Part shown: piece after piece, positions 1 to 10,547 of the stretch
Numbering within the stretch: position 1 is the stretch's first letter
Layout: each line of letters starts with the position of its first letter
DNA from: Patescibacteria group bacterium
Lineage (GTDB): Bacteria > Patescibacteriota > Patescibacteriia > UBA9570 > JAHJKD01
Assembly (NCBI GenBank): GCA_041660885.1
Contig: JBAZVM010000002.1
Span: forward strand, 14,025 to 78,024
Direction of reading: 5' to 3'
DNA length: 64,000 bases
Translations under genes and position numbers: made by a program
Notes under the pieces: model-generated
Database searches by the model: none
What the model was told of the DNA's origin: nothing
Seen by the model: only the letters and a program-made list of their open reading frames with translations

Positions 1-839
1 AAAACCTTTCCGTTGCAGTAGACGCGGGCAATGGCATGGCCGGCAAAATAATTCCTTTACTTCAAGAAAAGTTGAGTATTAATGTTACCCCGCTTTACTT
101 TGAATTGGATGGCACATTCCCTAATCATGAAGCTAACCCGATAAAATTAGAAAATGTTCAAGATTTGATCAAAACTGTCAAAGAAAAAAAAGCCGATATC
201 GGCCTGGCTTTCGATGGCGACGCGGATAGAGTTTTCTTTATTGATGAAAAAGGCGCTCGTGTGTCTTCTTCTCTGGTGACAGCTATGATCGCGGAACAAA
301 TTCTCATTAAGAACCCAAAGGCCGCAATTATCTATAATGTTCCATGTTCTAAGATCGTGTCGGAAACTATAGAAAGATGCGGTGGAAAGGGAATTAAAGA
401 ACGAGTGGGGCATTCTTTTATTAAAGCCACCATGAAAAAATACGGGGCCATCTTCGGCGGAGAACATTCCGGGCATTATTATTTCAAAGATAATTACTTC
501 GCGGATAGCGGTTTGATAGCAGCCTTATTTGTATTAGAAATCATTTCGAAATTAGATAAACCTTTTTCGCAAATACTGGAAAAATTTCAAAAATATTTTG
601 CCATAGAAGAAACGAATTCCGAAGTTACAGATAAAGAAGAAAAAATTAAAGAATTAAAAGAAAAATATAAAGACGCGCGAATAGAAGAAATGGACGGCGT
701 GACTTTTATGTATCCCGATTATTGGTTTAACGTGCGGCCTTCCAACACCGAACCGGCTCTGCGCTTAAACCTGGAAGCAAATACCGAAGAATTGAAAAAT
801 AATAAAACTCAAGAAATTTTAAATATCATACGCCAATGA
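1..839 (+). CDS. phosphomannomutase/phosphoglucomutase (alpha-D-phosphohexomutase family), 5' end cut by window edge
   Basis: The frame is open from nt 3 (NLSVAVDAGNGMAGK...). It has the metal-binding loop FDGDADR and the C-terminal RPSNTEP motif of PGM/PMM domain IV. Confidence 0.85.
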   Translation, partial: NLSVAVDAGNGMAGKIIPLLQEKLSINVTPLYFELDGTFPNHEANPIKLENVQDLIKTVKEKKADIGLAFDGDADRVFFIDEKGARVSSSLVTAMIAEQILIKNPKAAIIYNVPCSKIVSETIERCGGKGIKERVGHSFIKATMKKYGAIFGGEHSGHYYFKDNYFADSGLIAALFVLEIISKLDKPFSQILEKFQKYFAIEETNSEVTDKEEKIKELKEKYKDARIEEMDGVTFMYPDYWFNVRPSNTEPALRLNLEANTEELKNNKTQEILNIIRQ

Positions 840-2344
840 AAGCTAAAAGGCCGGTGGTACTCTGCATCATCGATGGCTGGGGCATCGGTACGGACGACGC
901 GCATAACGCGATTTTTTTAGCTGACACGCCGAATATTGATAAACTGCTGAAAGAATACCCCAACGCTCCCATTGGCGCGGCCGGAGAGCATATCGGCTTA
1001 ACACCGGGGCACCAAGGATCTTCGGAAATGGGGCATATGATTATTGGAGCCGGAAGAAATGTATTACTTCCCCAAACTCAAGTGAAGAACGAGGATTACG
1101 CAAAAAATAATGTGTTGCTTGCCGCCTTGCACAAAGCCAAGCGCGTGCATTTATTGGGCTTATGCTCGGATAAAGGAGTTCATTCGTATTTGGAAACAGG
1201 GCTGGCTATTCTTAAATTGGCTAAACAGCATAAAGTGAAAGAATTATATTGGCATGTAATCGCCGATGGCCGGGATACTCCTCCGAAAAGCACGGAAAAA
1301 TATATTGCTGCTGTTGCAAAGGAAATGAAAAAAACCAAATTGGGAAAATTCGGTAGTTTAATGGGTCGCTGGTGGATAATGGATAGAGATAAAAATTGGG
1401 ACAGAATAGAAAAATCCTACAACACTCTTTTCAAAGGCGAGGCTTTGTTTAAAGCAGCTGATATCGCAGAAGCGGTAAAAATCGCTTATGAAAGAGGAGA
1501 AACCGATGAACTGATAAAGCCCACGTTAATCGATGAGCAAGCTATTATTCAAGAGGGCGATGTAGTAATTAACTTTAACTATCGCGTTGATCGGGAAATA
1601 GAGCTGACTCAAGCCATTTGCGATAAGGATTTCCAACCATTTAAACGCCCCGATCATTGGAATAAAATAAAATATCTCGCTTTAACCGAATATTACGATA
1701 ATATGCCTTGCCCCTATATTATTAAAAAGGAAAAACCAATAAAAATATTAGGCGAAATTTTGGGAGAGAGAGGATACAAGCAACTGCGCCTCGCGGAAAC
1801 GGAAAAATGGGTTTATGTTACCAAATGCTTTAACAGCATGCGGGAAGAACCGTTTGATAATGAAGACCGCATTTTAATTCCTTCTGATAAAGTAGAAACC
1901 TTTGATCAAAAACCGGCCATGAAAGCCAGGGAGATCGCCAAAACTCTCGCCGAGAATATGGCTAAAAATATTTACGATGTGATTATTCTGAATTTCGCCA
2001 ACCCCGATATGGTGGGCCACACGGGAAACCAGCCGGCTATTATCAAAGCTTGCGAAGTGGTGGACGAAGCCGTAGGCACGGTGTACGAAGCCTGTAAAAA
2101 AGCGCATGCCGTATTATTGATCACCGCGGACCATGGAGACGCGGAAATAAACTATGATCCCGTTTCCAAACAGCCGCACACCTACCATACGGATAATTTC
2201 GTGCCTTTTATATTGGTGGATGACGAACAAAAAAATAAAACGATTTCCGAAACCGGAACATTAAAAGATATCGCTCCGACTTTGCTCCACTTATTAAAAG
2301 AAGTACCCCCGCCGGAAATGACGGGGAAAAACATTATTATTTAA
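836..2344 (+). CDS. gpmI: 2,3-bisphosphoglycerate-independent phosphoglycerate mutase
   Basis: 502 aa with CIIDGWG, NFANPDMVGHTG and TADHGDAE motifs of cofactor-independent PGAM. ATGA start/stop overlap with the upstream gene. Confidence 0.9.
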   Translation: MKAKRPVVLCIIDGWGIGTDDAHNAIFLADTPNIDKLLKEYPNAPIGAAGEHIGLTPGHQGSSEMGHMIIGAGRNVLLPQTQVKNEDYAKNNVLLAALHKAKRVHLLGLCSDKGVHSYLETGLAILKLAKQHKVKELYWHVIADGRDTPPKSTEKYIAAVAKEMKKTKLGKFGSLMGRWWIMDRDKNWDRIEKSYNTLFKGEALFKAADIAEAVKIAYERGETDELIKPTLIDEQAIIQEGDVVINFNYRVDREIELTQAICDKDFQPFKRPDHWNKIKYLALTEYYDNMPCPYIIKKEKPIKILGEILGERGYKQLRLAETEKWVYVTKCFNSMREEPFDNEDRILIPSDKVETFDQKPAMKAREIAKTLAENMAKNIYDVIILNFANPDMVGHTGNQPAIIKACEVVDEAVGTVYEACKKAHAVLLITADHGDAEINYDPVSKQPHTYHTDNFVPFILVDDEQKNKTISETGTLKDIAPTLLHLLKEVPPPEMTGKNIII

Positions 2345-2843
2345 TCGCCTTGCCTATGATCATGCTGCGGTGGATGGGGCCGAATTCTCTGGAATCGCGG
2401 CTTAGCGTTCGGTTGTCCCCCAGAAGAAAATAGTAGTCTGGCGAGATGACGAATTTCGTATCCGTGGAATAAGCGGGCTTGGTGGAAACGGATTCATCCA
2501 AATAAGGTTCGTCTAATAGTTCTCCGTTTATATAAACGCGGTTATTTTTAAGAAGCATTATATCTCCGGGCAAACCTATTACGCGCTTCACCAATAATTG
2601 GTTGCTGTTGTATTGATCAACCACCTGCACCACTTCGAATCTTTCCGGCTCTCGAAATAGCAAAGCCACTTTATTAACCAAAAAAAATTCATTATTTTTA
2701 TAATTCGGTTCCATGGATGTGCCGGAAACGCGCCCCGGTTCAATTATAAAAAAACGGGTAAAAAAAGCGATCAATAAAAAATTAGCCAGGATAAAAACCG
2801 TCTTGCGCACATACGATTGAATTTTATGCCAATTTGTTTCCAT
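2337..2843 (-). CDS. lepB: signal peptidase I
   Basis: N-terminal TM helix, then the S26 boxes SGTSMEP (Ser), KRVIGLPGD (Lys) and GDNRTLSRDSR. Confidence 0.85.
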   Translation of the reverse strand: METNWHKIQSYVRKTVFILANFLLIAFFTRFFIIEPGRVSGTSMEPNYKNNEFFLVNKVALLFREPERFEVVQVVDQYNSNQLLVKRVIGLPGDIMLLKNNRVYINGELLDEPYLDESVSTKPAYSTDTKFVISPDYYFLLGDNRTLSRDSREFGPIHRSMIIGKAIK

Positions 2844-2922
2844 ACAGTATGCCTATTATACCAAACAATCGCTAAATTATAAACCGGTTGTCTTTTTTGT
2901 TTTTTTCCTATATATTATCTCT

Positions 2923-3264
2923 ATGGATAATTTTATTTTCGGCATGCAGGGTTTAGCCCGCAGTTTGAACATTTCCATAGGTTCTATCCTCAACCAAGAA
3001 ATGGTTTGGGGGTTTGCTTTGGGTTTTTGCGCGTCTACTCTTATTCACATGTTTATCGTGGCGCAGAATCCCCTTTATGTTCCCAGCATGATCATGAAAA
3101 CCGCGCCGGATTCTTTTACTAAGGTAGCACCGCGCAACAAGAGCGGCACCTACGAAATGTCTTACGCTCAATACTCTCAGGAACACAGCCGAGTGCGCTT
3201 AGCTTTCTATTTAGCCATTATGGTTTTTCTTATAGTCATCGCCGTAGCATTAATAAGATATTAA
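2923..3264 (+). CDS. hypothetical small membrane protein
   Basis: 113-aa ORF with two hydrophobic segments (one N-terminal, one C-terminal). No recognisable motif. Confidence 0.4.
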   Translation: MDNFIFGMQGLARSLNISIGSILNQEMVWGFALGFCASTLIHMFIVAQNPLYVPSMIMKTAPDSFTKVAPRNKSGTYEMSYAQYSQEHSRVRLAFYLAIMVFLIVIAVALIRY

Positions 3265-3265
3265 T

Positions 3266-3994
3266 ATGATAGGAGTATTCGATTCCGGATTGGGGGGTCT
3301 TGGCATTTTCAGGAAAATAAAATTATTTCTTCCTTACGAAGATATTGTTTATTACGCGGATAATAAAAACGCTCCTTACGGAAACAAATCAGAAGATAAA
3401 ATAAAAGAACTGACTTTAAACAGCTTAAAGTTGTTAGAAAAAAAGGGATGCGACATTATTGTCGTGGCCTGCAATACGGCTACCACTTCAGGTATCGATT
3501 ATTACCGCAAACAAATAAAGGCGCACATTATCGGCGTAGTGCCCGTGGTTAAAACAGCGGCCCAAATGACCACAAAAAAAAGAATCGCGGTGCTGGCCAC
3601 CAAGTACACCATTCAAAGCCGATATCTTGATGATTTAATTAAAAAATTCGCGCCTAAAATTAAAGTTAAAAAAATTGCTTGCGAGGGCTGGGTAAAAGCC
3701 ATTGAAAATAATACAGTCACCGATGCTTTACTTAAAAAATGCCTAAAAAATATTTCCAACGAAGATGTAGTCGTTCTTGGCTGCACGCATTTTACGCTCA
3801 TAAAAGGCCACATTCAGCGTTTACTGGGGCCGGATGCTAAAGTTGTCAGCTCCAACGATGCCGTGGCCCGCCATGTTATGCGCGTAGGCATGAAATATAG
3901 GCTGCTGAGCAATAAACCGAGGAAATCAAAATATATTTATCTTTGTTCGGATAACTCAAAAAAATACACGGATAAAATTAAGCAATACGTCTAA
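3266..3994 (+). CDS. murI: glutamate racemase
   Basis: VFDSGLGGL, VVACNTA and LGCTHF catalytic cysteine boxes. 242 aa. Confidence 0.85.
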   Translation: MIGVFDSGLGGLGIFRKIKLFLPYEDIVYYADNKNAPYGNKSEDKIKELTLNSLKLLEKKGCDIIVVACNTATTSGIDYYRKQIKAHIIGVVPVVKTAAQMTTKKRIAVLATKYTIQSRYLDDLIKKFAPKIKVKKIACEGWVKAIENNTVTDALLKKCLKNISNEDVVVLGCTHFTLIKGHIQRLLGPDAKVVSSNDAVARHVMRVGMKYRLLSNKPRKSKYIYLCSDNSKKYTDKIKQYV

Positions 3995-5273
3995 CTAATT
4001 CCGTAAAAACATCTCCGCGTTTAAATTCATTTATAGCCGGCAGCCATGTTAAGCCGGGTGAAAATAATATTACATCTCCTTTTTTAGCTAAATGCCAAGC
4101 CTTTTTTACGGCTTCTTGAATATTTTTTACGTTGATACCTTTGGGCAAGCCGCCATTGGCATTGCCGGGCACTAAAATTAAGTCCCTTGCACTTCTTTTA
4201 ATTTCTCGCGACATCTCGTTAAGAGGTAAATTCTTAGTGTTCCCGCCAGAGATTAAAATAATCTTCTTCTTTGGAAAAGCCTGCAAGGCAACAACCGTGG
4301 CTTTGGGATGAGTGGAAGTGGTGTCGTTGTAGAATTTCACGCCTTTATATTCTCGAATCAATTCCAGCCTACTTTCCACTCCCTTAAACTCCTTCACAAC
4401 TTTCTTAATAATGCCATCCGGTACTTTATAAATATTACCTACTGTCCAAGCCGCCGCGATATTGGAAAGATTATGTTTTCCCAATATTTGAATTTCCGAT
4501 AATTTAACTTTATGGCTATCCGCATAGAAAACTATTTTACTTTTTGCTTTGGCTGCTATGGCTTTAACTTTCTTATCCGCCTTATTTAAAACAAGATAAT
4601 CGCTTTCCGTTTGCGTATTAAAAATATTTTCTTTGTCTTTCTGATACTGCGCCATGTTTTTATAATAATCCAAATGATCAGGCAGAATATTCGTAATCAC
4701 CGCCGTATTAAAATGATGATTATACAAATCGTGCAATTGAAAACTGGCCACTTCCATAACTACCAAATCTCCCTCTTTTAACTTCTCCATAAAATTAAGC
4801 GGGGAATTGCCGATATTGCCGCCCAAATAAACTTTATTCTTGTATTTAGCCTTTAATATTTCATAAATTAATGTGGTAGTGGTACTTTTGCCTCTGGTGC
4901 CGGTAATGCCAATTACTTTAATATTTTTTCCATGTATATAATCAAAAAATAATCCCAAATCGGTTAGTATCAAAGCGCAGTTGTCCGTGGCCGCGTGCAG
5001 ATATGAAGAATTCGGCTTCACGGCCGGATTTTTTATCACGATATCAGCGCTGACAAAATCTTCCATTCTGTGCCGGCCTAAAACTAACTGAACATTTTTA
5101 AATTTCTTAAGTTTGGCAATGGATTCTTTATTCAATAAAGAGGAAGGGCGGGAGTCAGTAACCACAACCTTAGCTTTTGCGCGCGCAAAAAATAAAGCCG
5201 CGGAAACGCCGCTGCCTTTAGCCATGCGCCCCAAACCCATTATTACTACTTTTTTTCCAGCGTAAGGGAGCAT
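3978..5273 (-). CDS. murD: UDP-N-acetylmuramoylalanine--D-glutamate ligase
   Basis: Mur ligase with an N-terminal Rossmann-like GLGRMAKGSG and the P-loop GITGTRGKSTTT. 431 aa. Convergent with murI, overlapping it by 17 nt. Confidence 0.8.
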   Translation of the reverse strand: MLPYAGKKVVIMGLGRMAKGSGVSAALFFARAKAKVVVTDSRPSSLLNKESIAKLKKFKNVQLVLGRHRMEDFVSADIVIKNPAVKPNSSYLHAATDNCALILTDLGLFFDYIHGKNIKVIGITGTRGKSTTTTLIYEILKAKYKNKVYLGGNIGNSPLNFMEKLKEGDLVVMEVASFQLHDLYNHHFNTAVITNILPDHLDYYKNMAQYQKDKENIFNTQTESDYLVLNKADKKVKAIAAKAKSKIVFYADSHKVKLSEIQILGKHNLSNIAAAWTVGNIYKVPDGIIKKVVKEFKGVESRLELIREYKGVKFYNDTTSTHPKATVVALQAFPKKKIILISGGNTKNLPLNEMSREIKRSARDLILVPGNANGGLPKGINVKNIQEAVKKAWHLAKKGDVILFSPGLTWLPAINEFKRGDVFTELVRRIA

Positions 5274-6259
5274 TACCTTATTCCTATGGCTTTATACACT
5301 TTTATTAAAGTTTTTTCCGCTTCTTTGTCTGCTTTCTGGGCACCCTTAGATAACACGGCATCTAAATTATTTTTATTGCCGATTAATTTCTTGTATTTTT
5401 CTTGAATAGGCTCTAAAAAATTTATAACAACTTCGGCTAAATCTTTTTTAAAGTCTCCATATCCTTTTCCTTGATACTGTTTTTCCAAACGCTTCATGTT
5501 TTTACCAGTCAGAAGAGAATAAATTGTCATTAGATTGGCTAGAGCGGGCTTCTTATCCTGATTAAACACAATTCCGCTACCGGAATCGGTGACCGCTTTC
5601 ATTATTTTCTTTTTTACCAAAGACGGCTCATCGGTTAAGGCAATATAATTATATTCAGAAGAAGCGGATTTGCTCATTTTTTTAGATGAATCATCCAGCC
5701 CCATTATTCTTTTTCCTTCAATGGGCATCATGGGCTCGGGCAAGGTAAAAATTTGGCCGTATAAATTATTAAAGCGGGTGGCAATATCGCGGCATAATTC
5801 CACATGTTGTTTTTGATCCTCTCCCACGGGTACGTAATGCGTTTGGTAAAGCAAAATATCCGCGGCCATAAGCACGGGGTAGGTAAATAAACCGGCATTG
5901 ATATTATCTTTATTCTGTTTAGATTTGTCTTTAAACTGCGTCATGCGGGAAAGCTCTCCCATTTGGGTGTAGCAATTTAAAACCCAAGCCAATTCCACGT
6001 GCTTTTTTACTTCTGATTGCAGAAATAGAATGACTTTGTCGGGGTCTAGACCGCAAGCCAAATATAAAGCCGCCAATTTATAAATATTCTCTTTAAGTTC
6101 TTTGGGCTCTTGCCGCACGGTAAGCGCATGGAGATCCACCACGCAAAAATAAGATTGATAATTCTTAGAAAGATCAATCCATTGTTTGATAGCTCCGAAA
6201 TAATTACCCAGATGAATTACGCCGGAAGGCTGAATACCAGAAAAAATGATTTTCTTCAT
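5273..6259 (-). CDS. trpS: tryptophan--tRNA ligase
   Basis: Class I aaRS of 328 aa with GIQPSG..HLGNY (HIGH-type) and KMSKS motifs. Confidence 0.9.
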   Translation of the reverse strand: MKKIIFSGIQPSGVIHLGNYFGAIKQWIDLSKNYQSYFCVVDLHALTVRQEPKELKENIYKLAALYLACGLDPDKVILFLQSEVKKHVELAWVLNCYTQMGELSRMTQFKDKSKQNKDNINAGLFTYPVLMAADILLYQTHYVPVGEDQKQHVELCRDIATRFNNLYGQIFTLPEPMMPIEGKRIMGLDDSSKKMSKSASSEYNYIALTDEPSLVKKKIMKAVTDSGSGIVFNQDKKPALANLMTIYSLLTGKNMKRLEKQYQGKGYGDFKKDLAEVVINFLEPIQEKYKKLIGNKNNLDAVLSKGAQKADKEAEKTLIKVYKAIGIR

Positions 6260-6365
6260 AATGCTTTATTATTTGATTAACCTGGCAATTATAGCAAATT
6301 TTCCCAATAAAATCAAACATAATAATTATTTTGCTAAAAAAACCAAAGTGTCGTAAAATATAGCT

Positions 6366-7313
6366 ATGCCTAATCGCTTAAACCAATTGATCACTGAATA
6401 CCTGGAATATCTAGAGATAGAAAAAAATCGTTCGCAAAAAACCATCCGCAATTACGATTTTTACCTTAATCGTTTTGTGGTCTGGGCGAAGATAACCAAG
6501 CCGGAACAGATCACAGCTGAATTGGCGCGCCACTATCGCCTATATTTAAACCGTTTACCTAACGCAAAATCGGAATTTGGCTTAAAAAAGGTCACGCAGA
6601 ATTATCATGCTATTGCTTTGCGTAATTTTTTAAAATATTTATCCAAGCGCGATGTTAAAACCCTTAATCCGGAAAAAATTGAGCTGGCCAAACAAGAAGA
6701 AAGGCAAATAGAGTTTCTTGAAGGGTCTGATTTAGATAAAATCTTAGAAGCGCCCTTGCTTATTAAACCCAAAGAAGGGAACAACACAAAAAGCTTGATC
6801 CAAACAAGGGACAAAGCCATATTGGAATTATTATTTTCCACGGGTCTGCGCGTATCCGAGGGGGCGAAATTAAAAATAGAAGATGTTAATTTAAAAAAAG
6901 ACGAATTTTCAGTGAGAGGAAAAGGCAGCAAAATTAGAGTGGTCTTTTTATCGGAGCAAGCCAAATATTGGTTGGCGGAATATTTAAAAAAGAGAAGTGA
7001 TCTATCCCCTTATCTTTTTATTGCCCATGACTTTGCTTCAAAACAAACAAGCGATAAAGAAGAAAGGCCCTTAACTCCAAGAACCATAGAAAGAATCGTG
7101 GCCAAATACGCCAAGATCGCGGGCATCACGAAAAAAATAACTCCACATACTTTACGGCATTCCTTTGCCACGGATCTTCTAAAAAACGGGGCGGATATTC
7201 GTTCCGTGCAATCCATGCTCGGGCACAGTTCAATCACCACCACGCAAGTTTATACGCATATCACGGATAAACATCTTAAAGAAGTATACAAAAAATTTCA
7301 CGGGAAAACGTAA
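6366..7313 (+). CDS. tyrosine recombinase, XerC/XerD type
   Basis: N-terminal SAM-like domain, then the catalytic C-terminus HTLRHSFAT...LGHSSITTTQVYTH (R-H-R-Y family). Confidence 0.85.
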   Translation: MPNRLNQLITEYLEYLEIEKNRSQKTIRNYDFYLNRFVVWAKITKPEQITAELARHYRLYLNRLPNAKSEFGLKKVTQNYHAIALRNFLKYLSKRDVKTLNPEKIELAKQEERQIEFLEGSDLDKILEAPLLIKPKEGNNTKSLIQTRDKAILELLFSTGLRVSEGAKLKIEDVNLKKDEFSVRGKGSKIRVVFLSEQAKYWLAEYLKKRSDLSPYLFIAHDFASKQTSDKEERPLTPRTIERIVAKYAKIAGITKKITPHTLRHSFATDLLKNGADIRSVQSMLGHSSITTTQVYTHITDKHLKEVYKKFHGKT

Positions 7314-7335
7314 GGAACGCACAACGCACATATAC

Positions 7336-7368
7336 GTAAGGAACGCGCATGTGCGTTCCTTACTTTTT
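7336..7368. terminator. bidirectional hairpin terminator between convergent genes
   Basis: gtaaggaacgc-gcatgt-gcgttccttac is a perfect 11-bp stem followed by TTTTT. The stop codon of the downstream minus-strand gene lies within one arm, and the upstream xerC-type stop lies in a second, direct copy of gtaaggaacgc starting at 7310. Confidence 0.6.
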
Positions 7369-9108
7369 CACCTGCAGCCAAACAGGTTCTTGGCTTAAGG
7401 TTATGGCGAATCTATGATTCTCCGCGTTTAAAGATTCGTTACCAGCCAACGAGCGTTTCATTATTTCCGTGGCTGGATCTAAATTTAAATTATAATTGCG
7501 AGTCTGCCCCCGAGTCCAAGCTAAATAATAATTATTTTTTCCTTGAGTATAATTATACAAATACACGCCGCCTAATTTACTGCTTTGCAAATCATCAAAA
7601 TAAACAGATCCATGCTCTCGCGAGCCATCCGGATTATCATCTAGAACAAAAGACTCAAAATAAATGGGATAATCCAAATCGCCATCTTCATTGCCGTTCC
7701 AATGCCCGCTGTAATTTTTCAAATTTATGCGATAATTCACATAACTGCTCGGCAAATATCCGATATTATATTGAAATGTTTCTCCGCTTTTATCTTTAAC
7801 ACGCACTCGTAAAAAAGTGGTGCCGTTGCTGCCTTTAGCTTTAAAACTTAAAGCTTTAGTATAATTTGGCAATTTCAATTCATTATGCACGGGCAAATAA
7901 CTGTTTACCGTACCATTGAAATAATAGTTGATTTTTAACTGGCCATTATACGCTTCCTCTAAATAACCGTCGCTATTAATGGCGCCGGAAAATTCCCAAT
8001 TATTTTTTTTATCGAAATTATCAATCACCGTTGCATTAGCCAGAGAGCTTAACTGATATTTTTTATCGGTTAATTTTTCTTGCATGAATTTAAAGGCGGC
8101 CAAAGCGGGTTTGGCCGTGTAATCATTCCTGGCCAAGCCAAAGCTGGATTCTAAATAGGCAGTGTTATCCGAATCATCGCGGAAAGTATACCAAAATATT
8201 TTTCTGACTTGTGAATTGGCAAACGCGCCGGCATAACCGCGCATTAAATAATCTGTTTGCTTCTCTTCTGAAACACCGTTATCGTAAGTAGTCCAACCGA
8301 ATTCGGTAAGCCAAATAGGCATGTCTTTATCGCCGTTATCGCGCATAACTGCGCGCATACTTTCCAAATCTACCGTAAGCGTATTTAACCCATCTGTCGT
8401 CTGTTCCGGGGAGTAATTAAAATTATCATCCACCACGCGATAAGGATGCGCGGCAACGATGTCGAACGGATCCGTTTCCGGCGTTAATTCATATATTCTG
8501 TTAAGAAAATCGGTGTCAGCGCCAGACATTCCGCCCAACACCACTTTGGCATTGGGATTAGCCTGTTTTATTTTATTGGAAGCTTCTTCCAAATAAGAAA
8601 CATAGTTTTCTTCATTGCTTTTCCAAAAGCCGTCGTAATTCGGCTCGTTCCAAATTTCCCAAGTATCAACTTTACCGGCGTATCGCGCGGCGACATTAGA
8701 AACATAATCGCTCCAGGCTGTCATATCCGGCGGATAATATTCATAATCAGGATCCCCCGCGTTAGAGGATGCCCAGGAAGAACTATAAGTAATGAGCCCA
8801 AGCACTTGGATATTATTTTCTTGATATTTGGTTATGAGCGCATCGTATTGTTCCCAATTGTAATTATCATCAGTCGGTTCTATCACATCCCAATTGAATT
8901 CCTCTCTGGCCCATTCCACATTATTTTCTTCAGCTAAATTTAAAGCCGTATCCCATTCATCCGGAACTACGCGCTGCCTTAAATGCATATTCACGCCAAA
9001 ACCGCCGGAGATGGCTTCACGAGCTTGGGTTAGAACCGGTAAAAGCAAGAACAGAATCACGGAAGCACGGAGGACACGGAGAACATGAAACTTAATTGTT
9101 TTTTTCAT
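7360..9108 (-). CDS. secreted glycoside hydrolase (clan GH-A TIM barrel, GH5/GH39-like) with C-terminal beta-rich domain
   Basis: Signal peptide. WEIWNEPN (acid/base Glu) and IWLTEFGW (nucleophile Glu) motifs. The ~230-aa C-terminal region is non-catalytic. Confidence 0.65.
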   Translation of the reverse strand: MKKTIKFHVLRVLRASVILFLLLPVLTQAREAISGGFGVNMHLRQRVVPDEWDTALNLAEENNVEWAREEFNWDVIEPTDDNYNWEQYDALITKYQENNIQVLGLITYSSSWASSNAGDPDYEYYPPDMTAWSDYVSNVAARYAGKVDTWEIWNEPNYDGFWKSNEENYVSYLEEASNKIKQANPNAKVVLGGMSGADTDFLNRIYELTPETDPFDIVAAHPYRVVDDNFNYSPEQTTDGLNTLTVDLESMRAVMRDNGDKDMPIWLTEFGWTTYDNGVSEEKQTDYLMRGYAGAFANSQVRKIFWYTFRDDSDNTAYLESSFGLARNDYTAKPALAAFKFMQEKLTDKKYQLSSLANATVIDNFDKKNNWEFSGAINSDGYLEEAYNGQLKINYYFNGTVNSYLPVHNELKLPNYTKALSFKAKGSNGTTFLRVRVKDKSGETFQYNIGYLPSSYVNYRINLKNYSGHWNGNEDGDLDYPIYFESFVLDDNPDGSREHGSVYFDDLQSSKLGGVYLYNYTQGKNNYYLAWTRGQTRNYNLNLDPATEIMKRSLAGNESLNAENHRFAITLSQEPVWLQVKK

Positions 9109-10504
9109 TGTAATCTCTTAAAAATTCTCTATTTTCTTTCATTTTATTTCTCGCTTCTTTTTCCGTCATCTTTTTTATATCGGCGATTATTTTCTTGGCT
9201 TGCGCGAATAAATATTCTTCGGTATTTTTCTTGGGATCGTCTAATACTTCTTCCAACAACAGATGCATGACAATGCCGATCTTGGCGCCGGGCTTCATTT
9301 TAAATTCCTTCTGTAAAATATTGCCGTCTATTTTTAGCATACGCGTATCAATCGGGTCCTTTTGCACTTTTATCATGCGCCGCTCAAGTTCTTCCAACTT
9401 ATAGGGCTTGTCCTTTTGGCAGCCGGAACCCATTCTATCCGCGATGCGTAAGTCTATCAGGTTCTTTAAGTTCTCATTGCCCACACGGCGGATCAAACGC
9501 CGCACCCCGGCATCGGTAATCTCGCCAATGTTATAATAAAACATGTGATTCTTTACCAAATGCGCTACCATGGCGATCTCGTCATTGGAAAACTTTAGCC
9601 GGCGCATTATCTGCTTGGTAAATTTCACGCCCAAGTGCTCGTGATTGTAAAAGGTGGCGTCTGCGCCTTCTCCTCCTTTGGTTTGCGGCTTGGCAATATC
9701 GTGCAAAAAGGCGGCCAAACGCACCAAGGGATCATCAGAAGGACAAAATTGCACGGAAAGCAAGCTATGATAATAAACCGAATACATATGATGCTTATTC
9801 TGCATCACGCCTACTGTTTTTTCCAGTTCCGGCAGTATTATTTTTTGTATGCCCGATTCTTTAAGCAGCCACAACCCTCTAAAAGAGTCGTCGGCTTTAA
9901 GAATTTTCATTAATTCATCGCGCACTCTTTCGCTGGATATTTTCTTTATATTATTTTTATTTTTAATTATCGCTTGCCAGGTTTTTTTCTCTATTTGAAA
10001 GTCCAGCTGAGCCGCGAAACGAATGGCGCGCATCATTCTTAACGCGTCTTCGTTGAATCTGTCTTCGGCCTTGCCCACGCAGCGGATTATTCTGGCTTCC
10101 AAATCTTTTTGGCCTTTAAATTTATCCACGGTTTTGTTGCCATCAAAAGCCAGGGCATTAATAGTGAAATCCCTACGCTTTAAATCTTCTTCTAAACTTA
10201 CTCCAAATTTAATTTTATCCGGGTGACGCTTATCCGTGTATTTGGCTTCACTGCGATAAGTGGTGACTTCGATAGTATCACCTTCTACTATTACTCCGAC
10301 TGTACCAAAAGAGTTATTATAAAAAGAATTTAGAAATATTTTCTGAATATCTTTTGGCAAAGCATTAGTTGTTACATCCCAATCTTTCGGTTCATTGCCA
10401 ATTAGCAAGTCTCTTAAGCATCCGCCAACGATAAAAGCTTCAAAGTTGTTGGCTTTGAGCTGGTTTAAGACAAACACGATATTTTCCGGTAATTTGATAA
10501 TCAT
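9092..10504 (-). CDS. cca: CCA-adding tRNA nucleotidyltransferase with HD domain
   Basis: GGCLRDLLIG...DWD nucleotidyltransferase motif, RDFTINA, and an HD domain (FLHDIAKP). 470 aa. Confidence 0.85.
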   Translation of the reverse strand: MIIKLPENIVFVLNQLKANNFEAFIVGGCLRDLLIGNEPKDWDVTTNALPKDIQKIFLNSFYNNSFGTVGVIVEGDTIEVTTYRSEAKYTDKRHPDKIKFGVSLEEDLKRRDFTINALAFDGNKTVDKFKGQKDLEARIIRCVGKAEDRFNEDALRMMRAIRFAAQLDFQIEKKTWQAIIKNKNNIKKISSERVRDELMKILKADDSFRGLWLLKESGIQKIILPELEKTVGVMQNKHHMYSVYYHSLLSVQFCPSDDPLVRLAAFLHDIAKPQTKGGEGADATFYNHEHLGVKFTKQIMRRLKFSNDEIAMVAHLVKNHMFYYNIGEITDAGVRRLIRRVGNENLKNLIDLRIADRMGSGCQKDKPYKLEELERRMIKVQKDPIDTRMLKIDGNILQKEFKMKPGAKIGIVMHLLLEEVLDDPKKNTEEYLFAQAKKIIADIKKMTEKEARNKMKENREFLRDYNEKNN

Positions 10505-10547
10505 AAGTAAATAATAGCTTTTTGGCGCTTAAAAGACAAGATAATCG

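Noticed and set aside
6366-7313. Tyrosine recombinase as the integrase of a prophage or integrative element
   Set aside because: Its domain layout and length are typical of chromosomal XerC/XerD. The flanking genes are housekeeping (trpS, hydrolase, cca), and there are no phage genes or att-like repeats nearby.
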